DNA of 64,000 nt from Nitrospira sp. (GTDB lineage: Bacteria; Nitrospirota; Nitrospiria; Nitrospirales; Nitrospiraceae). The stretch spans positions 160,001 through 224,000 of the forward strand of contig AP038806.1 of the NCBI GenBank assembly GCA_047150005.1, read 5' to 3'. Of this stretch, positions 57,912 through 64,000 are shown one piece after another; position 1 is the first letter of the stretch, and every line of letters starts with the position of its first letter. The position numbers and the translations under genes were made by a program. The notes beneath the pieces were generated by a model. That model searched no databases, was not told where the DNA came from, and saw only the letters and a program-made list of their open reading frames with translations.

Positions 57912-58991
57912 ATGCGCCTGCGAATCCTCATCGGCATGTTGTCCGTCCTGGCCCTCCTCCCCGGTCCGAGCTGGGCCCGCCGCGAATCGTTCACCGAGCA
58001 GCAGAAACAGCAAGTCAAAAAGATCGACCGGGTGCTCCTGGACGTCATCGCGCTGACCGACAAGGGACCGGCCGATACGGCGCCGTTTCAGGACTTGATC
58101 TCGAAGCGGCTGCGCGAGTTCGGCTACACCGTGGTGACGGATCCCGCGCAGCCGCATGACGTGCTCGTGCAGGTCAAATGCGAGCAGCGAAAGACGTGGG
58201 AAGGCACGACCAAGATGGGCAGCGACGCGGATCTCCCCGACTCGCCGTCCCGCCTATGGAAAGGTCCGGCCTGCCAGCTGATCTATTTCCTGGACGGCAA
58301 GAGAATGGGATGGCACAAGGAGGTGCGGACTGAGTTTTCGGACTCCGAGCAGGCGGCCGCCGCGGCAAAAGCGGAGGACGCGGGAGCCTACGCGATGGGT
58401 CAGTTGAGGGAACGATTGGACGACTATGATTTCCCGGCGCTCATCACGGCCGAATGGGGGCAGGAAGAACGTCTGTTCAAGCTGTACGACGATCCCGCGA
58501 CGCCCGTGGCGCGGAAAGTCAGGCTGGTGGGTCTGTTCGGCTATCTCTTTTCCAACGAGGCCGTCCCGCGCCTGCTGGCCGGTCTCAAGGGACCCGATCT
58601 CGACATCGCCAAGGCGTCGGCGTTGGCGCTGGGCAACATCGGCCAGAAGGATGCCGTGCCGGCCTTGGTCGAAACGATGCAGACCGGTCGCCCGGAGTTG
58701 CGGCCCTCTGCGGCCAAAGCCCTGGGCATTCTGGGAGCCCTGCACGGTGACTTCAGCATCGTCGATCCTCTCCTCGAGACTCTCAAGACGACGGACGACC
58801 CGGCGCTCAAGACCGAAATCGTCTGGGCCCTGGGCAAACTGCCGGACCGGCGGGCGCATGAACCGCTGCTGGCGCTCCAGAAGTCCCTCTACAAGGTGCG
58901 TGAAAACGACGCGGACCCGAAAATGGTCAAGCTGAAGGAAGCGGTGAACTGGAGCATCAAGCAGATCGATACCTGGGAGTATCTGCAGTAG
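57912..58991 (+). CDS. Exported HEAT-repeat protein
   Basis: Signal peptide; ALALGNIG, AAKALG and VWALG HEAT repeats. Confidence 0.8.
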   Translation: MRLRILIGMLSVLALLPGPSWARRESFTEQQKQQVKKIDRVLLDVIALTDKGPADTAPFQDLISKRLREFGYTVVTDPAQPHDVLVQVKCEQRKTWEGTTKMGSDADLPDSPSRLWKGPACQLIYFLDGKRMGWHKEVRTEFSDSEQAAAAAKAEDAGAYAMGQLRERLDDYDFPALITAEWGQEERLFKLYDDPATPVARKVRLVGLFGYLFSNEAVPRLLAGLKGPDLDIAKASALALGNIGQKDAVPALVETMQTGRPELRPSAAKALGILGALHGDFSIVDPLLETLKTTDDPALKTEIVWALGKLPDRRAHEPLLALQKSLYKVRENDADPKMVKLKEAVNWSIKQIDTWEYLQ

Positions 58992-59004
58992 CCGGGATCC
59001 CGTC

Positions 59005-59529
59005 ATGCCAAGTCATGCCACGCTCGCCCGATTGCGGATCGGCCTCACCGTCGTCCTGTGTACGTTCCCCCAAGCACGAACCGCCTGGAGTCAGGTGATC
59101 GGCGCAGCCGCCGAGTTGGACCGACTACGAGCTCGCGCGGAGGAAGCGATCGGCAACGACGATCCGGACGGCGCCTCGCTCAGCATGGGCCGGGCCGCGC
59201 TCATGGCCAAGCAATTGGCCAAGAGCCACCGCGACGAGCCGGCAACCGCGCGGTTCTATCAGGGAGCGGAACCGCTCTTCCGCGCGCAAGAACACGGCTA
59301 CCGCGCCGTCGCATTGTTCCGGCGGGCCGGAGGGCAGCTGCCGGCGTCCTCCGGCGTCTGCGGCAGCTTGGCGCTGGCGCAAGGCAGCCTGCAGCAAGCC
59401 CTGTCTCTGCTGGTTCCCGACGAGCAGGCGCCGGCCGACGTGCGGGAACACACCAAAAAACTCCGGGAAGCGGCCGACGATTGGGACACCGTCGTCGCCT
59501 CGATGATCACCGACTACCAATGCCCATGA
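59005..59529 (+). CDS. Hypothetical exported helical protein
   Basis: Signal-like N-terminus, Cys pair; follows the HEAT gene. Confidence 0.6.
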   Translation: MPSHATLARLRIGLTVVLCTFPQARTAWSQVIGAAAELDRLRARAEEAIGNDDPDGASLSMGRAALMAKQLAKSHRDEPATARFYQGAEPLFRAQEHGYRAVALFRRAGGQLPASSGVCGSLALAQGSLQQALSLLVPDEQAPADVREHTKKLREAADDWDTVVASMITDYQCP

Positions 59530-59531
59530 AA

Positions 59532-59596
59532 CCGTGAAGCGTCTCTCGTGAAGCGTGATTCGCTTGCGAGATACGAGATACGAACGACGCAGTCTC
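59532..59596. repeat. Intergenic repeat tract (CGTGAAGCGT x2; CGAGATA x2)
   Basis: CGTGAAGCGTCTCTCGTGAAGCGT...GCGAGATACGAGATACGAACGACG between convergent genes. Confidence 0.6.
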
Positions 59597-59598
59597 CG

Positions 59599-60042
59599 CT
59601 AGTCTTCCTCCGGATTGATGATGTGCAGCCCGGCCGTCTTGCTGGCCGAGAGCAGCTGAACGTCCGCGCTGACGACCGTCAGCCGGAGCGGCTTGAGCTC
59701 CAGCGCCAGCGCCAGATGCATCACCTGTTGCGCGCGAAGGAACGGATATTCCATCGTCAATTCCTTGGTGGCCAGGTATGTCTGCATCGTCGGGGCGATG
59801 AACTGGAACAAGCCTTCGACGGATTCGCGTTCGAATTTGTGGATCACGGAGTAGCAGTCGTCCCGCGTGATCTCCCCTTGCTGAGCCCGGTTGGAAAAGG
59901 ACGAATACAGTTCCGTGACGGTCCAGGTCGGCAGGATGGCCACCTTGCCGCGTTTGACCATCAACTTGTTCACGATGCGGGTGCCGCGCTCCATGCTGTA
60001 GCGTTTCACCAGGGCGGTGGAGTCGAAGTAGTAGTACGGCAT
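59599..60042 (-). CDS. PIN-domain (VapC-like) protein
   Basis: MPYYYFDSTALVKRY..E.G, TE and VSAD..L..A motifs. Confidence 0.8.
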   Translation of the reverse strand: MPYYYFDSTALVKRYSMERGTRIVNKLMVKRGKVAILPTWTVTELYSSFSNRAQQGEITRDDCYSVIHKFERESVEGLFQFIAPTMQTYLATKELTMEYPFLRAQQVMHLALALELKPLRLTVVSADVQLLSASKTAGLHIINPEED

Positions 60043-60046
60043 GGGC

Positions 60047-60310
60047 TCAGATCCTCCCCTTGAGGATGACGGAGGCCAAGGGGCCCTGCAGCTTCGAGAG
60101 CCTATCTTGTAATTCATCCAGTGGGACTTCCTCATATCCTTCCCGCCGGAGCTTGTCGGCAAGATTGCCTTTGTTGAACAGCGCGGTATCTTCCTTCAGC
60201 CGCTCGCCGAGGCGTCGCTTCGCCAGGCGGCTCGGCACCCGCTGTTGCATCGCGGTTAATCCACGCCCTCGGCTTCTCGGCGCCCGGCCACTATTGCTCA
60301 ATCTGCTCAT
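60047..60310 (-). CDS. Small protein, putative VapB-like partner
   Basis: Directly upstream of the PIN gene; basic N-terminus; C-terminal LASVILKGR resembles antitoxin tails. Confidence 0.55.
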   Translation of the reverse strand: MSRLSNSGRAPRSRGRGLTAMQQRVPSRLAKRRLGERLKEDTALFNKGNLADKLRREGYEEVPLDELQDRLSKLQGPLASVILKGRI

Positions 60311-60332
60311 ACCTTCGATCTCCCTCCTGCTG

Positions 60333-61505
60333 TTAGTGCGTTGCTGCTGCCGGCTTCGCTCCGGCCCCTTCACGCGGACAGCCGGCGGGGCGGGTCGCCT
60401 CCGCCGGCAGCTCGGATTCTCCGTAGATGTGGCCGGCGATCGCCTTGGCCACGTCGGACGACAACTCGTGTTGCATCACGCGAACCGCCTTGGCCGTCGC
60501 CTCCCGCTCCGATAGGTGTCCCTCTCTTCCACCCTTTGCAATGGAGCCGACCAGCCGCAATCCCTTCACCTCCACGACTTCAAAATCGCCGCACCAGCGG
60601 ACGAACATGAACTGCGGATCGCGCACGTCGATCGGCCAGACCCTGACGAATCCGTGCAGCAGCAACTCCGGCGCGGGTCCTCCCGATGCGCCGCCCGGGG
60701 CCGCGTCCGCCGCAGGACGGTCCACGATCTGCAGACCTTCCCGGATCAGACCTTCGCTGAGGGCCCGCTGCGCGGCCTGAGCCTGATCGCCGGTCACATC
60801 GATCGCGAACAACAGATTTGTCGCCAGAAACTGCTCCAGTTCCATCGTCAATTCATTCACCCGATAGGGGGATCCGGTTCCCTGTCCGCTCGGCCGGACG
60901 ACACGCAGGTCCGCATTGTAGGTTTCACGGAGCACGAGGTTGTGCGCGGCTCGCCGCAGCCCGCGGACCTTGGCCAGCTTGTCCGCCGACCGGTGCGCGT
61001 CGTCGACGTCGGCTTGAATGGCCCGATCCAGCTCGGTGATTTTCTCCATGAACGCCGTCTCGGCCTGTGCCCGCTGCATGGCCGCCAGGGCATAGTGCAG
61101 CTGCTTCTTCGAATCGAACCACCGGTCGGCGATTCTGACGTTTTCGAGCACTTTGTCCGTGGAAACCTTGGTGAGATTGTCGATGGTCAGACGCCGCTCG
61201 TCGCGGCTGTGTCCCCGCTGCTCGACGACCAAATATGATTCCCAGTCTCTTGCTTGGGCGGAGACTTCCGTCTTGAACACGCGGGCCAGGGCCGCATAGG
61301 CCTGATCCTCCGCCGTCGCGCTCCTGTCTGACTGCCCGACACCGGTGAGATACTGTTCGGGCGGATAGTCGGGACTCATCCCGTTGACCCACGCCGGTTT
61401 GGCCCGCCCACTGAACGAGGAACATCCGACGAGCAGCAGACCGACCGTCCAGATGAAGAGCGCGGGCATTCGCGCAGGCATCCGCCCAGGGATCCGATTA
61501 ATCAT
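60333..61505 (-). CDS. LPP20 family lipoprotein
   Basis: Lipobox LVGC, KPAWV...YP...YLTGVG...A...A.AALA. Confidence 0.75.
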   Translation of the reverse strand: MINRIPGRMPARMPALFIWTVGLLLVGCSSFSGRAKPAWVNGMSPDYPPEQYLTGVGQSDRSATAEDQAYAALARVFKTEVSAQARDWESYLVVEQRGHSRDERRLTIDNLTKVSTDKVLENVRIADRWFDSKKQLHYALAAMQRAQAETAFMEKITELDRAIQADVDDAHRSADKLAKVRGLRRAAHNLVLRETYNADLRVVRPSGQGTGSPYRVNELTMELEQFLATNLLFAIDVTGDQAQAAQRALSEGLIREGLQIVDRPAADAAPGGASGGPAPELLLHGFVRVWPIDVRDPQFMFVRWCGDFEVVEVKGLRLVGSIAKGGREGHLSEREATAKAVRVMQHELSSDVAKAIAGHIYGESELPAEATRPAGCPREGAGAKPAAATH

Positions 61506-62977
61506 TGCACGACTCGCTGAATCAGAAACACCGTTTGCCCCGCCGCCAACGACAGGGAACGGCTTCCCGGCGCCCCGTCCCCGGTGAACCCGGCCCCCTT
61601 AACGTCATACTGACCCGGAGGCACCCACCGGCGGGCCAGATGGATTTGATCGGGCAACGTCCGCCAACTGCGCTTGTCCGCCTCTTCCGAGGCCACCGCA
61701 TAGCCGTGGGCGATCAGGCTCACCAGTAGTCCGACCCAATCGGCATTTTTTTGTCCCGCGGCGCTCTGCGATCCCCTCGTCGCGGCCTCCGCCATCGCGT
61801 ATTTTGTCGCCGCCCGGGCCACGGCTTTCACGGCGATGCCGGGCAGACGCTCCGACAACGCTTTCTCCGCGAGCGCGGTCACGTTCTGCACCGGCTCGGT
61901 CCTGACGGTGACGGGGGGACCGGCCGCGGCATCGAGCCTGACGGTATCCACCGGGACGTGCGTGGGCTGCGGAACCAGCCGCGGCAACGCCACGCGCACG
62001 ACGCGCCCGTTCAAGCCGTACAGGACGCTGTCCGCGGCGCGGTTCTGCGGAGTATTCGGGTTGGTGAGCGCCCGGTTGATCAGGACCAATTGCAGCGCAT
62101 CCATGCTGATGGGCAGGTCAAGAAACTGGTCCTCCTTACGCGGTGCGCGGCCATTATAGCTGATCACGACCACTTGGGCGAGATTCTGCTGCGCTTGAAT
62201 GGATTGCCACGACACGGTCGGAAAGGCCCGCTCGTAGGCGGTGAATTCCTGGGTCAAATGCAGTCCGTCCGTCGTTCTCAGCAGGTCCCTCTGCAACTGC
62301 GTCGGCTCCCCGACCTGCGACCAGCCCTTCGTCGAGTCGTAGGTTTCGTAGGCCTTGCGATAGGCGATGAACGCGTTGTTGACGTCGCCGGTGCTCTCGT
62401 AGAGGATGCCTGTGAGATAGCGGGCAAACCCGTCCTCCCGATAGGCGCTCTTGTCTTTGACCCGATCGGACAGCACGTTCAGGCGATGATCGATACGCCT
62501 GGCTTCCACCAGCGATTCCTGCCAGAGTCCCAGCATGGCATAGTTCAGCGCCTTGACGACGTTGATCATGACCTGTTCGTAGGGATCGCCTTCATAGGGC
62601 AGCACGTTGTCGTTCGTCATGAACGCGGCGGTCTCGGTGCGGATCTTTCTGGTGTAGAGCCGCTCGACCTCGTCATCCGACTGTTCCAACATGAGATTGC
62701 TCCGCTTGTAGTCGCCGGCGAGGTGAAGCGTCATCCCCCGATCCATGCCGTACAGGACGCGGCTCCTGTCGCCGTATTCGTCTTCCGCCTCTTTGATGGC
62801 CGCATCGGCGCCCTGGTAGTTGTGCGTCAGCAGGCTCCTGTCCGCCTGCACGTAGTGCTTTCCAGCAGAACCGCATCCGCTTGCGACGAGGAGCGCGGCG
62901 AGGGTGAGGGAGATCGACAGACAAACGCCCCACCGTCCAGGAGCCTGTACGGTGGGGCGTGAGACGAAGCAGCTCAA
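61502..62977 (-). CDS. COG3014 family TPR-like lipoprotein
   Basis: Lipobox ASGC, YEGDPYE, A.VEARR, Y..G..YE and AD.RSWRTLP motifs. Confidence 0.8.
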   Translation of the reverse strand: MSCFVSRPTVQAPGRWGVCLSISLTLAALLVASGCGSAGKHYVQADRSLLTHNYQGADAAIKEAEDEYGDRSRVLYGMDRGMTLHLAGDYKRSNLMLEQSDDEVERLYTRKIRTETAAFMTNDNVLPYEGDPYEQVMINVVKALNYAMLGLWQESLVEARRIDHRLNVLSDRVKDKSAYREDGFARYLTGILYESTGDVNNAFIAYRKAYETYDSTKGWSQVGEPTQLQRDLLRTTDGLHLTQEFTAYERAFPTVSWQSIQAQQNLAQVVVISYNGRAPRKEDQFLDLPISMDALQLVLINRALTNPNTPQNRAADSVLYGLNGRVVRVALPRLVPQPTHVPVDTVRLDAAAGPPVTVRTEPVQNVTALAEKALSERLPGIAVKAVARAATKYAMAEAATRGSQSAAGQKNADWVGLLVSLIAHGYAVASEEADKRSWRTLPDQIHLARRWVPPGQYDVKGAGFTGDGAPGSRSLSLAAGQTVFLIQRVVQ

Positions 62978-62991
62978 CGGACTTCTAACTG

Positions 62992-63651
62992 TTAGAAAAC
63001 GGTGCGTTTCTTTTCGATCACTTTCTTGATTTTTTTCTGGCCGAACCAGACTTTGGCGTTGCTTTCCAAATCCACCATCTGGAGATCCACCTGGTAGAAC
63101 ATGGCTTTGGTGCCTTCGGCCTCGTCGAGAATCGTGGCGATGGTGCCCTTCATCATATAATCCGCGCCGATTTCCTTGCCGGGTGCTTTCTGCGTGTCTT
63201 CCCGGGCGTACATCGCCTGTTCCTTCCGCTCGTTGCGCACTTCGTCGCGTTCGCCCTTATTGGCTACGAAGGTCACTTTCTGGGAGTTCGTCAATTCGCG
63301 CTGGAGATCCGTGACGAAGGTTTGCGTGTTGATGTGCTCGTGGCTGTTATTGAGCACCGTGCCCACCACCACGACCGGCTGACGGTTCTTGGCCGCGCTG
63401 AAGTTGCCCAGCCAGGGATAATCGAGAGCCTCCTTCACCATGGCTTCCGCCACCATGCGGGAATCGGTATCGTTCCAGCGACCGCTGAGATCGGTGACCA
63501 CACCGGTATCCACGCGGGTCACTTTCGTCTCGCTTCCACAGCCGGCTAGCGTCAAAAATCCGAGGCACAACAGGGTCGCTCCCGCTGCGCCCCCACACCT
63601 CCGCCCACCAAAGCCCCCCATCTTACATCTGCTCCTTCGGAACCGGTTCAC
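62992..63651 (-). CDS. Penicillin-binding protein activator LpoB family lipoprotein
   Basis: Lipobox LAGC, DLSGRWNDTD, N..HEHI.T, GADY...G.I, W...K.IKK. Confidence 0.82.
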   Translation of the reverse strand: MNRFRRSRCKMGGFGGRRCGGAAGATLLCLGFLTLAGCGSETKVTRVDTGVVTDLSGRWNDTDSRMVAEAMVKEALDYPWLGNFSAAKNRQPVVVVGTVLNNSHEHINTQTFVTDLQRELTNSQKVTFVANKGERDEVRNERKEQAMYAREDTQKAPGKEIGADYMMKGTIATILDEAEGTKAMFYQVDLQMVDLESNAKVWFGQKKIKKVIEKKRTVF

Positions 63652-63660
63652 GAACGGCGA

Positions 63661-64000
63661 TCAATGGTTTGCGCGTTTGTCTTCTTCTTTTTCGAGACGC
63701 TCGAACGCCTTGTCGGCGTTCTTGCGCACGTAGTCTCTGACTTCGGCGTTCAGCTCCTTGGCGTGCTCCAGATTGTTCTTCATGTCTTCCAGATTCAGCT
63801 TGGTGAGGACGTAGTAGGTCCCAGTCTTGTCATCCTTGTACCGGTCGATGGGCCGCACACCGCTCAATGTGGTCGTGGTGATCGTCTTGATCGCCCGCTC
63901 GACGTTCTGTTCTTCGGCATTCCGGGTAAAGTCGCCGGCGGTGGTCGAGGCGGCGTAGTCTCTCATCAGATAGCCGGTATAGGTCTCGAACGTCTTGGCG
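63661..64000 (-). CDS. LPP20-like lipoprotein (5' end beyond window)
   Basis: Frame stays open to the window edge; EEQNVERAIKT...LSGV. Confidence 0.65.
   Translation of the reverse strand, partial: AKTFETYTGYLMRDYAASTTAGDFTRNAEEQNVERAIKTITTTTLSGVRPIDRYKDDKTGTYYVLTKLNLEDMKNNLEHAKELNAEVRDYVRKNADKAFERLEKEEDKRANH

Noticed and set aside
49592..62962. Numerous long opposite-strand ORFs (e.g. 49592, 52804, 53445, 56800, 61751)
   Set aside because: Expected antisense ORFs in high-GC coding DNA; each overlaps a motif-supported gene.
1..64000. CRISPR array, rRNA, retron/RT or classical defence system
   Set aside because: No regularly spaced repeat-spacer array and no rRNA, RT or cas motifs seen. The short repeat tracts at 49.2 and 59.5 kb lack spacers.

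Overview
Bacterial chromosome window; gene content and intergenic repeats suggest a Nitrospira-like organism (inference, no search run). Positions 1 to ~42.9 kb hold one very long minus-strand Wzx/Wzy-type exopolysaccharide locus that runs off the left edge. It is headed by a NusG-paralog (UpxY/RfaH/LoaP-like) antiterminator, an orphan IS3-OrfA-like HTH gene and a Wzz/Wzc co-polymerase, and lies divergent from a LuxR/NarL regulator. The locus encodes nucleotide-sugar enzymes (RfbF, RfbC, C-methyltransferase, DegT, acetyltransferase, Gfo/Idh/MocA, epimerases), about 7 glycosyltransferases, Wzx, a Wzy/ligase-type protein and AsnB. It also encodes secreted modifiers: a copper-radical oxidase, a beta-helix protein and a DUF5060/DUF4038 hydrolase. 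The locus contains many IS elements and remnants: an IS3 nested inside an IS407-type IS3 (both with 4-bp target duplications), a TA-flanked MITE, and several IS3/IS5 stumps. At 44.2-47.2 kb are tRNA-Phe(GAA) and a decayed integrative element (integrase with one in-frame stop, Xis-like, RHH, hicBA). The 47.3-64 kb part is GC-richer core-like DNA: TrmH, XRE, RlmI, a TPP decarboxylase, a glucosylglycerate-type osmolyte operon, proC, a HEAT protein, a PIN pair and an LPP20/COG3014/LpoB lipoprotein cluster. The most notable leads are the NusG-paralog/orphan-OrfA regulatory module, an unannotated twin Cys-rich SH3-like protein, oxidative EPS modification, a C-terminal PxxPTNLRVQ tail, and three apparently leaderless genes.
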